DNA of 64,000 bases from an uncultured Gemmatimonadaceae bacterium (GCA_963822945.1 CAWGJO010000037.1:1-64000); one strand, 5' to 3'. Counted from the stretch's first letter, positions 11,967 through 22,684 are shown. The notes: generated from the letters alone by a model not told the origin. Numbers and translations are program-made.

Positions 11967-12521
11967 ATGCAGACAACGACGTTTGAGTTGGACGTGGCGC
12001 GTTGGGAAGCGGCGCCGACGTTCACCGAATGGCTGCCCACGGCGCAGAAGAACGCCGAGCTGTGGCAGGCCGTCTACAAACACGCCACGATTCCCGATGA
12101 GTTCGTGGCGCGGGCCAGGCTGCTCGGCGGGCCCTGGCACCTGCTGGTGTTGAGCGCCGACTGGTGCGGCGATGCCGTGAACACCGTGCCGGTGGTGCAG
12201 CGGCTCGTGGAGCGGGTGCTCGGAATCGATCTCCGGATCCTCGACCGCGACGCCAACCCCGACATCATGGACGCGCACCTCACCGGGAAGTCGCGTTCGA
12301 TTCCCGTGGTGATGGCATTCAACGCGCAGTTCAGGGAGTTGGGATGGTGGGGGCCGCGTCCCAGCGAGTTGCAGGCGTGGGTCCTGGGGCCCGGGCGGGC
12401 CATGGCGAGCGACGACCGATATCGCGAGACCCGCCGCTGGTACGCGCGGGACCATGGACGCACGACGCTCGATGAAGTGATCTCGATGCTGGAACGGGGA
12501 GCGGCCGCGGCCGACGTCTGA
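11967..12521 (+). CDS. Thioredoxin-family protein (WCGD type)
   Basis: SADWCGDA, RDANPDIMD, SRSIPV, WGPRP. Confidence 0.85.
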   Translation: MQTTTFELDVARWEAAPTFTEWLPTAQKNAELWQAVYKHATIPDEFVARARLLGGPWHLLVLSADWCGDAVNTVPVVQRLVERVLGIDLRILDRDANPDIMDAHLTGKSRSIPVVMAFNAQFRELGWWGPRPSELQAWVLGPGRAMASDDRYRETRRWYARDHGRTTLDEVISMLERGAAAADV

Positions 12522-12553
12522 CGCTGCTCTCGGACCGCCGGAGGCAGAGAACG

Positions 12554-12583
12554 AAAGAGCGGCGGGCTCAGGGCCCGCCGCTC
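12554..12583. terminator. Hairpin terminator between convergent genes
   Basis: GAGCGGCGGGC-TCAGG-GCCCGCCGCTC (11-bp stem), with a short T-tract on the minus strand. Confidence 0.6.
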
Positions 12584-12614
12584 GCGCATGCTTCACGCCG
12601 GAACTGCGTCCGGC

Positions 12615-12788
12615 CTAATCGACCTGTCCGCCCTTGGCGTGAAAGGTCAAATCGTTGGGCGACTTGTACGTGGTCTTGTGGATGTACGTCGCCATCGTGA
12701 CGAGCGCCGCAACCAGCAGGATGGTCAGCAACGCGGCTCCCCATCCCTGATTCTTGTTGACTTCGATGTGCCGGTCCTGATGTGCCAT
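12615..12788 (-). CDS. 57-aa single-pass membrane protein (absent from the ORF track)
   Basis: MAHQDRHIEVNKNQGWGAALLTILLVAALVTMATYIHKTTYKSPNDLTFHAKGGQVD; purine-rich leader, GC3-biased codons, downstream hairpin. Confidence 0.6.
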   Translation of the reverse strand: MAHQDRHIEVNKNQGWGAALLTILLVAALVTMATYIHKTTYKSPNDLTFHAKGGQVD

Positions 12789-12924
12789 GGTTCTTCTTCA
12801 TCCCTTATGCGTGAGACGACCCAAAGATAACGTTGCCGGTCGCGCGGCGCGAGCGGCAAACCGGCGTCGCGTGCCACCCGACGCTCGTTGCCTTGCCGGG
12901 GGGCGGTGCGTCGCTCTCGCAGAT

Positions 12925-13614
12925 ATGTCCCGTCCCTCTCGAATTCCCGCGGTGCTGGCCGGCGCGCTTCTGGCCACGGGGTGCCTCCAGAGCCCCGCAC
13001 CGATCGTGATCCCCGGGCCCGAGGCCGCGCCGGTGGCGTCCCGCGCCCCCGCCGCCGCCGATGCGAACCCCTCGCCGGACGCGGCTGCCGCCCGTCCGGC
13101 GGCGAACGATGCGCCCGCGAACTACGCCCTCGGGACGACCGCGGAAGCGATCCTCGCGTCCCACGACCTGCAGCTCCCCGTGGCCGGCGTGTCTCCGGAC
13201 CAGCTCCAGGACTCGTTCAACTCCCCGCGCGAGGGCAACCGGTTCCACCACGCCATCGACATCATGGCGCCGCGCGGGACGCCGGTGCTGGCGGCCGACG
13301 ACGGGCGGGTGCTCCGGGTGTCGAGCAACACCCTGGGCGGACTCACGGTCTACACCATCGACCGCAGCGGGCAGTTCGTGTACTACTACGCGCACCTCGA
13401 GGGGTACGCCCGCGGCCTCAAGGCCGGCCGGATCGTGTTCAAGGGCGACACCCTCGGCTTCGTGGGCACCACCGGCGACGCGCCCGACAACGCCCCCCAC
13501 CTGCACTTCCAGATCCTCCGTATGCCGCCCAATGGCAAGTACTGGGAAGGCGATCCCATCGATCCCTTCCCGTTACTTTCCGAGCGTGGCACACGCATCG
13601 TCGGCAATCGCTGA
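12925..13614 (+). CDS. M23 family metallopeptidase, probable lipoprotein
   Basis: HHAIDI (HxxxD), YYAHL, PHLHF (HxH); lipobox-like LATGC. Confidence 0.9.
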   Translation: MSRPSRIPAVLAGALLATGCLQSPAPIVIPGPEAAPVASRAPAAADANPSPDAAAARPAANDAPANYALGTTAEAILASHDLQLPVAGVSPDQLQDSFNSPREGNRFHHAIDIMAPRGTPVLAADDGRVLRVSSNTLGGLTVYTIDRSGQFVYYYAHLEGYARGLKAGRIVFKGDTLGFVGTTGDAPDNAPHLHFQILRMPPNGKYWEGDPIDPFPLLSERGTRIVGNR

Positions 13615-14338
13615 ACTCCTGAGCCGGGGCATCGCGGTCGTGGGGCGCGGGCGCATGGGCCGCGCGCTCGCCTCCGCGCTTCCGGCGGCCGGCGTTCCGG
13701 TGCGCGGTCCGCTGGGCCGTGGCGAGCGGTGCCGGGCCGACACGGTCGTGTTGCTCTGCGTGCCCGACCGCGAGATTGCCGCGGCGGCGGCTGCCGTGGG
13801 GGCCGGGTGCCTGGTGGGGCACTGCAGCGGCGCCGCCACGCTCGAGCCGCTTCGCCCGCATGAAGCCTTCTCCCTGCACCCGCTGATGACGGTCGCGTCG
13901 GGGCGTCCGGCGGCCTTTGCCGGCGCGGGGTGCGCGATCGCGGGCTCCAGCCACCGGGCACTGGACGTGGCCCGCGGCCTCGCCTCGGCGCTCCGCATGC
14001 ATGCCGTGGTCGTCGCCGATGCCGATCGTGCGCTGTACCATGCCGCCGCCTCCATGGCTTCCAACTATCTGGTGACGCTGGAGAGCACCGCCGAGCGGCT
14101 CGCCGCCGGCGCGGGCGTGCCGCGCGAGTTGCTGGTGCCGCTGGTACGGGCGGCGGTGGAGAACTGGGCCGCGGGCGGGGCGGGGGCGCTCACCGGGCCC
14201 ATCGCACGCGGGGACCGGGAGACGGTGGCCCGCCAGCGCGCGGCAATCGCCGAACGCGCGCCGGAGTTGCTCCCCCTCTGGGACGCCTTCGTGGAACGCA
14301 CGGGCGCGCTCGTCCGATCCGACACGCCGAAGGCATGA
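13586..14338 (+). CDS. Rossmann-like/DUF2520 oxidoreductase, probable PanG-type ketopantoate reductase
   Basis: GRGRMG, LCVPD, HCSGA, SLHPLMT, YHAAASMASN, LTGPIARGD; directly upstream of panC. Confidence 0.8.
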   Translation: MAHASSAIAELLSRGIAVVGRGRMGRALASALPAAGVPVRGPLGRGERCRADTVVLLCVPDREIAAAAAAVGAGCLVGHCSGAATLEPLRPHEAFSLHPLMTVASGRPAAFAGAGCAIAGSSHRALDVARGLASALRMHAVVVADADRALYHAAASMASNYLVTLESTAERLAAGAGVPRELLVPLVRAAVENWAAGGAGALTGPIARGDRETVARQRAAIAERAPELLPLWDAFVERTGALVRSDTPKA

Positions 14339-15189
14339 AGACCGTCCGCACGGTGGCGGAGGTCCGCGCCGCGGTTCGCGACGCGCGCGCGCAGGGGCGA
14401 ACCGTCGGGTTCGTGCCCACCATGGGCGCCTTTCACGACGGCCACCTGTCGCTCATGCGGCGCGCGCGCCAAGCGTGCGGATTCGTGGTCGTGTCGCTGT
14501 TCGTGAACCCCACGCAGTTCAACGAAGCGTCGGACCTCGCCGCCTATCCGCGCGATGAAGCCGGCGACGCCGATATGGCCGCCGCCGAGGGTGTGGATCT
14601 GCTCTTCGCGCCCGCCGTGGAGGAGATCTACCCTGCCGGTGACAGCACGACGGTGGCGGTGCACGGCCTCACCGAGATGCTCGAAGGCGCGTCGCGCGGC
14701 GCCGGCCACTTCCGCGGCGTGACCACCGTGGTGGCCCGCCTGTTCAACATCGTGCAGCCCGACGTCGCCTTCTTCGGCCAGAAGGACGCGCAGCAGGCGC
14801 TGATCGTCCGGCGCATGAGCCGCGATCTGGCGTTCCCGTTGCGCGTGGAGGTGTGTCCGACGGTGCGCGAACCGGACGGTCTGGCCATGTCGAGCCGCAA
14901 CGTGCGGCTCACCGGCGCCGACCGGCGGAATGCGCTGGCGCTCCGGCACGGGCTCGCCGTGGCCGAGGCGGCCATCGCGGCCGGCGAACGCGACGGTGCG
15001 CGTGTAGAAGGGGCGGCCGTGGCGGCGATGCGCGACCGCGGCGTGGAGCCCGAGTATCTTGCGGCGGTGTCCGCCGAGACGCTGCGACCCGTGACTCCCC
15101 TTGCCGGCCGCATTCTCGTGGCCGTTGCCGCCCGCGTCGGCCCGGTGCGGCTCATCGACAACGTCATCGTGGAAATTCCCGACGCATGA
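14335..15189 (+). CDS. panC: Pantoate--beta-alanine ligase
   Basis: FVPTMGAFHDGH, FVNPTQF, FGQKDAQQ, GLAMSSRN, RLIDN. Confidence 0.96.
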   Translation: MKTVRTVAEVRAAVRDARAQGRTVGFVPTMGAFHDGHLSLMRRARQACGFVVVSLFVNPTQFNEASDLAAYPRDEAGDADMAAAEGVDLLFAPAVEEIYPAGDSTTVAVHGLTEMLEGASRGAGHFRGVTTVVARLFNIVQPDVAFFGQKDAQQALIVRRMSRDLAFPLRVEVCPTVREPDGLAMSSRNVRLTGADRRNALALRHGLAVAEAAIAAGERDGARVEGAAVAAMRDRGVEPEYLAAVSAETLRPVTPLAGRILVAVAARVGPVRLIDNVIVEIPDA

Positions 15190-16037
15190 GCGACTCCCGC
15201 TTCGAAGCACTGGCCGCGCTCGCGCGTGAGCGCACCCCCATCGTGATGGTCACGGCGTACGACATCGTTTCGGCGCGCGTGGCCGAGGCCGCCGGCGTGG
15301 ACATCGTGCTGGTGGGAGACTCGGGCGCCAACGTCGTGCTCGGCTACGAGTCGACGCGCGAGGTGAGCGTGGACGAACTGATCGTGCTGGGTCGCGCGGT
15401 GCGGCGCGGCCTGCAGACGCCGTTGCTCGTGTGCGACCTGCCCTTCGGCAGCTACGAGGCGTCCAACGAACTGGCGGTGGCCACCTCGCGGCGCTTCCGC
15501 GACGAGGTAGGGTGCGAGGCCGTGAAGATCGAAGGGGGCGGCGTGATCGCCGAACGCGCGCGGGCGGTGATCGAGGCCGGGATTCCGGTGATGGGGCATG
15601 TGGGCCTGCTGCCGCAGCACCTGGAACCGGGCACGCCGCCCAAGGCGCAGGGCCGCGGCGTGGACGAAGCGCTGGAGATCGCGCGTTCGGCACGCGAACT
15701 CGAGGACGCCGGCTGTTTCTCGATCGTCTTCGAAGCGGTACCCGCCGATGTGGCCAGAGCGATCGCCGCTACCCTCACCGTGCCCACCATCGGCATTGGC
15801 GCCGGCGGCGACACCAGCGGGCAGGTGCTCGTGTTCCACGACCTCATGGGGCTCAGCAAGGGGCGAACGGCCCGCTTCGCCAAGCGGTACGCGCAGCTGT
15901 TCGATCCGATGGTGAATGCCATGCGCGCGTTCGCCGACGACGTGCGGGCGCGCCGCTATCCCGCGACCGAGCACACCTATCCCGTGGACCCCGTGCAGTT
16001 GAAGGCCTTTCTCGCGCGGCTCCCCGACGCGCGGTGA
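15186..16037 (+). CDS. panB: 3-methyl-2-oxobutanoate hydroxymethyltransferase
   Basis: TAYD, LVGDS, DLPFGSY, VKIEGG, GHVGLLPQ, GQVLVFHD. Confidence 0.96.
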   Translation: MSDSRFEALAALARERTPIVMVTAYDIVSARVAEAAGVDIVLVGDSGANVVLGYESTREVSVDELIVLGRAVRRGLQTPLLVCDLPFGSYEASNELAVATSRRFRDEVGCEAVKIEGGGVIAERARAVIEAGIPVMGHVGLLPQHLEPGTPPKAQGRGVDEALEIARSARELEDAGCFSIVFEAVPADVARAIAATLTVPTIGIGAGGDTSGQVLVFHDLMGLSKGRTARFAKRYAQLFDPMVNAMRAFADDVRARRYPATEHTYPVDPVQLKAFLARLPDAR

Positions 16038-16067
16038 ACGTTCGGTGACTCTCACTCTCTCCGCCTC

Positions 16068-16379
16068 ATGGCTCTGAACTCGAAGCAGCGCGCCGAACTG
16101 CGCGCCGAAGCGCATCACCTGTCGGCGTCCGTGCACCTGGGCCACCAGGGCGCGACGCCGGCGGTGGTGAAATCCGTGGACGACGCGCTGCGCACGCACG
16201 AGCTGGTGAAGGTCCAACTGAACCGCACGGCCGAGGCGACGCCCAAGGACGTGGCCAATCAACTCGCTCAGGCGGTGAAGGCGGACGTGGTGCAGGTCAT
16301 CGGGCGAACGGCCACGCTCTACCGCGAGAACCCGGAGATCAAGAAGAAGGAAGGCGAGCTGCCGGTGTGGCGGCGGTAG
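16068..16379 (+). CDS. yhbY: YhbY/CRM RNA-binding protein
   Basis: LNSKQRAELRAEAHHL, HELVKV, VQVIGRTATLYR. Confidence 0.88.
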   Translation: MALNSKQRAELRAEAHHLSASVHLGHQGATPAVVKSVDDALRTHELVKVQLNRTAEATPKDVANQLAQAVKADVVQVIGRTATLYRENPEIKKKEGELPVWRR

Positions 16380-16385
16380 ACGCGG

Positions 16386-18731
16386 TCAGCGTCCCACCGC
16401 TTCCAACACCCGCCACGGCGTCAGCGGAATCTCCGGGCACTCCGCTCCGATGGCATCGGCCACGGCGGCCGCGATGGCCGGCGCTACGGGAATGATCGGG
16501 GGCTCGGCCAGCCCCTTGGCGCCGGTGTGGTTCGCCACCACGTCCGCCGCGTCGAGAAAGAAGCCCTCGATGTGCGGCAGGTCGGCCATGGTCGGAATCT
16601 TGTAGTCGTGCATGGACGGATTCATCTGCAGACCGAGCATGGCGTCCATCACCCGCTCCTCGAACAGGGCGTAGCCCATGCCCTGCAGCACGGCGCCCTC
16701 GAGCTGGCTCTCGGCGAGCGTCGGATTGATGATCCGCCCGCTGTCGTGCGCGGCGACGATGCGCACCACCCGCACGCGGCCGGTCTCCACGTCCACCTCG
16801 ACTTCGGCAAAGTGCGCGCCGAACGCCGAGACGGCGGTCCCGTCGGGGTTCGGACCGCGGCTGCCCTGGCCGATGATCATCACGTCGCCCAGCTTGCCGC
16901 ACACCTCGGCAAAGGTCATCGACCGCCCGGTGGCCCGCACGGCGATCACGCCGTCCTGCGCGGAGAGTTCGTTGACGCCGGCGTCGAGCATCGCCGCGGC
17001 GGCCTCGAACAGGCGGTCGCGCGCCTCTTCGGCGGCCGCGCGCACTGCAGGCCCCACCGACGCCGTGGTGATCGAGCCCCAGGAGTTCGACGCAAAGGGC
17101 AGCCGCTCCGTGTCGCCGAGCACCGTGCGCACGTCGTCCACGCGGGCGCCGAGCGTCTCGGCGGCGATCTGCGCCATCACGGTGCGTGATCCGGTGCCCA
17201 GGTCCTGGGCGCCGGTGAGCACCTCCACCGTGCCGTCGCGATTGAGGCGCACCGTGGCGTAGGCCGGCGGACCGCCGCCGGCGCCCCAGGTGCCGGCCGC
17301 CATGCCGAATCCGCGACGGAAGCGGGGCGCGGACGCGTGCGCCCGCCGCCCTTCGCGCTCGCTCCACCCGAATCGCTCCGCGCCCTGCCGGTAGCATTCG
17401 TCCAGGTGCTTGGCGGAGTAGGGGCGCGAGCGCGACTGATCGGCGGTGGCGTAGTTCCGGCGGCGCAGTTCGAGGGGATCGATGTTCAGCTCGCGGGCCA
17501 GCGCGTTCATGGCGCTCTCGAGGCCGAACGCGCCCTCGGTGTGTCCCGGCGCGCGGAACGACGCCATCGCCCCGGCGTTCGTGTACACGAAGGTCTCGCT
17601 GGTGCGGACGTGCTCGCACGCGTGCAGCTCGTGGTAGATGCGGCCGGGCCCGGCTTCCCAGCCGCCCACGCCCATCGGAATGGTGGCGTCCATGCGGATG
17701 GCGGTGAGCGTACCGTCGCGCCGGGCGCCCAGCGTGACGCGCTGCACCGTGGCACTGCGGTTGCCGGCGTCGACCTGCTCGCCGTAGCGGTCGAACACGC
17801 AGCGGACCGGGCGGCCGATCTTCCGCGACAGCGCGGCGGCGATGTAGGCCGCGGCCGACGCGCCGTTCTTGGCCCCGAAGCCGCCGCCCATGTAGTCCTT
17901 CATCACGCGCACGTTCGTGAGCTTGAGCTCGAACGCCGCCGCCAGGTCGCGGCGCGTCATGAAGATGCCCTGCGTGGACTCCCACACGGTCAGCCGGTCG
18001 CCCTCCCACTCGGCCACCGCGCCGTGCGGTTCCAGGGCGGTGTGCAGCGCCACCGGGGTCCGGTACTCGCGGGTGATCGTCACGTCGGCGGCGCGCAGCC
18101 CGGCGTCCACGTCGCCGCGCTGGATGATGCGCGGCGAGCGCGGCGACACGTTGCCCCGCGACCGGACCTTGGGCGCGTCTTCGGCGAGTGCCTGGTCGGC
18201 GGTGACCACGTGCGGGGCGGGCTCGATGGAGAGCTTCACCGCGGCGGCGGCGGCGCGGGCGGCGCCGAACGTGTCCGCACACACCACGCACAGCGGCTGG
18301 CCGGCGTAGCGAATGGTATCGTCGAGCAGTTGGCCGGCATCGGCGCGGATGCCGCGCACGTCGTCCAGGGTGAGCAGTGCGCGCACGCCCGGCATGGCGA
18401 GGGCCGCCGAGGCGTCGATGGCGGCCAGGTGCCCCGCCGGCGCGGGCGAGCGGACGATCACCGCGAAGGTCATGCCCGGGCGGTGCAGGTCGGCGGTGAA
18501 TCGCGCCGCGCCGGTAACCTTCTCCAGGGCGTCCATGCGTGGAACGCGCGTGCCGACGACGTGCAGATCGGCGCCGGCTTTCCAGGGTTCCGGATTGCGG
18601 TCCGGGAGTTCGACGATCTTGGTCTCCTCCCGGCCCTCGATCTCGACCTTGGTGGCCACGAAGCGCCGGGCACGCGGCGCTTCCACCGGTGCCGCGTCAC
18701 GCGGGGCCGGCGCACGCTTGTCAGGCGCCAT
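16386..18731 (-). CDS. Xanthine dehydrogenase family molybdopterin-binding subunit
   Basis: KVTGAARF, MGGGFGAK, FRAPG, DLGTG, GAKGLAEPP. Confidence 0.93.
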   Translation of the reverse strand: MAPDKRAPAPRDAAPVEAPRARRFVATKVEIEGREETKIVELPDRNPEPWKAGADLHVVGTRVPRMDALEKVTGAARFTADLHRPGMTFAVIVRSPAPAGHLAAIDASAALAMPGVRALLTLDDVRGIRADAGQLLDDTIRYAGQPLCVVCADTFGAARAAAAAVKLSIEPAPHVVTADQALAEDAPKVRSRGNVSPRSPRIIQRGDVDAGLRAADVTITREYRTPVALHTALEPHGAVAEWEGDRLTVWESTQGIFMTRRDLAAAFELKLTNVRVMKDYMGGGFGAKNGASAAAYIAAALSRKIGRPVRCVFDRYGEQVDAGNRSATVQRVTLGARRDGTLTAIRMDATIPMGVGGWEAGPGRIYHELHACEHVRTSETFVYTNAGAMASFRAPGHTEGAFGLESAMNALARELNIDPLELRRRNYATADQSRSRPYSAKHLDECYRQGAERFGWSEREGRRAHASAPRFRRGFGMAAGTWGAGGGPPAYATVRLNRDGTVEVLTGAQDLGTGSRTVMAQIAAETLGARVDDVRTVLGDTERLPFASNSWGSITTASVGPAVRAAAEEARDRLFEAAAAMLDAGVNELSAQDGVIAVRATGRSMTFAEVCGKLGDVMIIGQGSRGPNPDGTAVSAFGAHFAEVEVDVETGRVRVVRIVAAHDSGRIINPTLAESQLEGAVLQGMGYALFEERVMDAMLGLQMNPSMHDYKIPTMADLPHIEGFFLDAADVVANHTGAKGLAEPPIIPVAPAIAAAVADAIGAECPEIPLTPWRVLEAVGR

Positions 18732-19191
18732 GGGCCGCCTCCAGTACACGGGCCGCGTCGAGCACGGCCTTCACGATCTTGGGGTAGGCGCCGCAGCGGC
18801 AGAGGTTGCCGCTCATCCCGTGCCGCACCTCGGCTTCGGTGGGATGCGGATTCTCGGCCAGGAGCGCCGCCGCCGCCATGATCTGGCCCGGCGTGCAGAA
18901 GCCGCATTGCAGCGCGTCGTGCCGGATGAACGCCTCCTGGAGCGCGTGGAGCTGCTCGGGGCGTCCCATGCCCTCGATGGTGGTGACGGCCACTCCGTCG
19001 CACGCGGCGGCCAGCGTGAGGCACGCGTACGCGGGCTTGCCGTCGAGCAGGACCGTGCAGGCCCCACATTCTCCCCGCCCGCACACCAGCTTGGTGCCGG
19101 TCATGGCCAGCCGGCCGCGGAGGACGCCGAGCAGGGTTTCGGGGCCGGAGACGGCCACCTCGTACGCGTTTCCGTTGATCGTGAGCCGCAT
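18721..19191 (-). CDS. Xanthine dehydrogenase family (2Fe-2S) subunit
   Basis: CGRGECGACT, QCGFCTPG, GNLCRC. Confidence 0.94.
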   Translation of the reverse strand: MRLTINGNAYEVAVSGPETLLGVLRGRLAMTGTKLVCGRGECGACTVLLDGKPAYACLTLAAACDGVAVTTIEGMGRPEQLHALQEAFIRHDALQCGFCTPGQIMAAAALLAENPHPTEAEVRHGMSGNLCRCGAYPKIVKAVLDAARVLEAAHGA

Positions 19192-19297
19192 GTGCGATGG
19201 GTGGCGGAGGGCGGTGGACGGCGGGCCCTGTTGGCTCCGGCCTCAACGATTATCTTAGTCGAACCGCGGTAGCTTCGCAGCCATTTTCGAGGCCCCC

Positions 19298-19560
19298 ATG
19301 CCCTACGTGATCACTGAAGCTTGTATCGGCGTCAAGGACCGCGCCTGCGTAGATGTCTGTCCCGTGGACTGCATCTATGAGGGCGAGGATCAGTTGTACA
19401 TTCACCCCGACGAATGCATCGACTGCGGGGCCTGCGAGCCCGAGTGTCCGGTGACCGCGATCTTCCCCGAGGAAGACGTGCCCGGGAACCTCAAGTCGTA
19501 CATCGAGAAGAACAAGACCGTCTTCGAGGGCAGCGATCCGCCGGGGCGGCCGCAGCGGCG
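19298..19560 (+). CDS. Dicluster (FdxA-like) ferredoxin; stop codon apparently lost near 19560
   Basis: [17 protein letters not shown] and [12 protein letters not shown]; sequence after PPGRPQR looks like off-frame readthrough. Confidence 0.85.
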
Positions 19561-19616
19561 ATGCAGCCCCCACTGCCGATCCCATGCGGCCAGGCGTTCG
19601 CGATGGGCAGTCGGTG

Positions 19617-22600
19617 GTGAGCAGGAACAAACGAGGGGCGGTGCTGGCTGTCGTCGCCGCCGGCATCGCCCTCTCCGTTTCCAGCGGACGGGCCGGTCCC
19701 GCCCGCTACGGACAGTCCGACCGCGTCGAGCGCCACATGCTGCCCGCGGTCACCACGGGGCCCCTCGATCCCGCCTTCAGTCCCGACGGCCGGTGGATCG
19801 CGTTCTCCATGCGCGGGGACATCTGGAAGATCCCCGCCGGCGGCGGCGAGGCCGTCGCCCTCACGCAGGGGCCGCACTACTACTTCGAGCCCGCGTGGAG
19901 CCCGGACGGCAAGCGGCTGGCGCTGACGATGGACCGCGTGGACGGCAACCTCGACATCGGCGTCGTGAGCGCGGATGGCGGCGCGGGTGGAGCGGCTCAC
20001 CCGCGACCCGCACAAGCGACGTGGAACCCGCGTGGAGCCACGACGGCGGCGGGATCTACTTTGCCAGCGACCGCGGCGGCCCGGCTTCCACGTGTTCCGC
20101 CACGATCTGGGCACCCGGCTCGATGACACCGACGGTGCCGCGACCAGTTCCAACCGGCGGTGTCCCCTGATGGAACGCAGCTCGCCTACGTGGCACCGTA
20201 CGCGGCTACCTCGGCACCGGCGGCATCTGGACGAGGTGCCCCCGGACGGCGGCACGCCGAGGCTCGTGCACTACGAGGAGAGCGAGTACCACACCAAGCC
20301 GGCGTGGACGCCAGACGGGCGGGGTCGTTCCTGTACGTGCCGAGGGAGATCGGGGGTTCCAACGACGTGGACATCACCCGGTCGTCGGGTGGAAATCACG
20401 GTGCTTCTGGCTCTACGGCCGACGCACTGGATTACGCGAGTTCGCACCCTCGCCGAGTCCCGACGGCACGCGGTTCGCGTTCGTGTCCGACCGCACGGGA
20501 CCGACGGTGCTCTAACGGCTGGACGCCGGCGGCGGTCCGTTCCCGTCGTGGCACGCCGTGGGCCCATCCGATCGCGACGGTCGCGCGTGGCCACGGGCCG
20601 CGTGCACGTGACGGTGGTGGGCGCCGACGGCCCGCGTGCTGCCGGCGCGCATCTACCTGCAGGCATCCGACGGCTGTTCGTACGCGCCCGACGGCGGCTT
20701 CCATCGGGTGCTCTCGGCTCTACCGAGACGCACTACTTCGACACGATGGGCCTCGTTCTACGGTCGAGGTGCCGGCGGGGAGACCGCCGTCGAGGCGATG
20801 CACGGCTTCGAGTACGAACCCGCCGCGCGCGGTGGGTGGACGTGCCGGCCGGCGGCACGCGCGCCACGACCATTCGTCTGCGGCGGATGGCGAATCTGCC
20901 GGCGGCCGGCTGGTATTCGGGCGACACGCACATCCACGATCTGCACCAGGGACGCTGGGGCCTCAGCCACCGGCAGTTCTTCGACGAACTCGTGGCCGAG
21001 GACATCCACGTGACCAACGCGCTGATCCACATGGACGGCTACGCGGATCATGGGGCGGTGGAGCGACCTCACCGGGAAACCGAGCCCGCTGTCCACGCGC
21101 GACTACATCCTGCAGTACGGCGAGGAGTTCCGGGGATCGCTGGGGCACATCGCGATGCTCGGCATCAACCACTTCGTGCTGCCCTTCGAGTCGGGACTGC
21201 CGCATTCGGCGTACGCCCAGCCCGTGCTGGATTACACGTACATCGACTCAACGGTGGCGCAGGGCGGAATGGCCGGGTACGCGCACCCGTACCACGACGC
21301 GGTCACGACGCCGGCGTCCGGGGCCAACTCGCTGATCCCCGTGGACGTGGCGCTCGGACGCGGGCAGTTCTACGACGTGTCGTCGGACTACTCCGACGAA
21401 CTGGCGTCGGACGCGATGTACTTCCGCCTCCTCAACGCCGGCTTCCGCCTGCCCGCCACCGGCGGCACCGACAACTTCAGCGACGTGTGGCGCGATCCGC
21501 CGCCGGGCACCGACCGCAGCTACGTGCACGTGCGCGGCCCGCTGACGCTGGCCAACTGGTTCGCGGGCATCCGCGCCGGCCATTCGTATTCGTCCACGGC
21601 GCCGCTGATGACGTTCACGGCGAACGGCCGCGAAATGGGCGACGAGATCCGCCTGCCGGCCAACGGGCCTGCCGGCGTGCGCGTGCACGCCGATGCGCGC
21701 TCCATCGCGCCGATGGCGGTGCTGGACATCATCGTCAACGGCCGAGTGGTGCAGTCGGTGGCGGCGGGCGACTCGGCGCACCTCGTCTTCGACGGCTCGG
21801 TGCCGATGCCCGAGGGCGGGTGGGTGGCCGCGCGCGTCACCGGCCCCGTGTCGCGGTACGTGGGCGACAGCTACGTATTTGCGCAGACGACGCCGGTGTA
21901 CGTGGTGCGCGGCGGCCATCGATTCACCTCCCCCGACGACGCGCGCTTCCTGGCCGAACTGGTGCGCGACATCTGGACGCGTACCGACCGGACGGCCCAA
22001 TGGCGCTCTCCCGACGAGCGCGCGCGCTTCCGCGCCGGCATCGCGCGCGCCCGCGGCATCTACGAGCGGATCGCGGATCCGGTGGACACGGTGCCGCTGC
22101 TCGACCCGTCGAGCCCGGCGATGCACGAACGCGCACCCGACCACTTCCGCGTCCGCTTCGAGACGACGAGCGGCGATTTCGTGGTGGACGTCCCGCGCGC
22201 TTGGTCGCCGCACGGCGCCGACCGGCTGTACGACCTCGTGCGCCACGGCTTCTACGACGACACCCGTATCTCGCGCGTGGTGCCGCACTTCATCGCCCAG
22301 TTCGGGCTCAACGGCAGCCCGCGGGTGATCGCCGCCTGGAAGCACGCCACGATTCCCGACGATTCTGTCCGCGCGAGCAACGTGCGCGGCACCTTCGCCT
22401 TCGCGATGACAGGACCGAATACGCGGACCACGCAGATCTACATCAATCTCGTGGACAACCGGCGGCTGGACGCGCAGGGATTCTCACCGGTCGGCCGGGT
22501 GGTGGAGGGAATGGACGTGGTGGACTCGCTGTATTCGGGCTACGGCGAGCGGGCCGGGGGCGGGGTCAGGGCCGGGAAGCAGGGACCGATCGAGGCCGAG

Positions 22601-22684
22601 GGGAATAGATGGCTGGATCGGAATTATCCGAGGTTGGATGGGATAATTCGGGCAAGCATCGAAAGGGCGAAAACCGATAAGTAG
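19617..22684 (+). CDS. Secreted multidomain protein: TolB-like beta-propeller, CehA/McbA-type PHP metallohydrolase and cyclophilin domain (many frameshifts in 19980-21050)
   Basis: Signal peptide; [12 protein letters not shown] and PAWSPDGK repeats; [26 protein letters not shown]-terminal [28 protein letters not shown]. Confidence 0.7.

Noticed and set aside
19298..20170. 290-aa ferredoxin fusion protein
   Set aside because: Sequence after about residue 87 is low-complexity off-frame readthrough over the next gene; a lost stop codon is more likely
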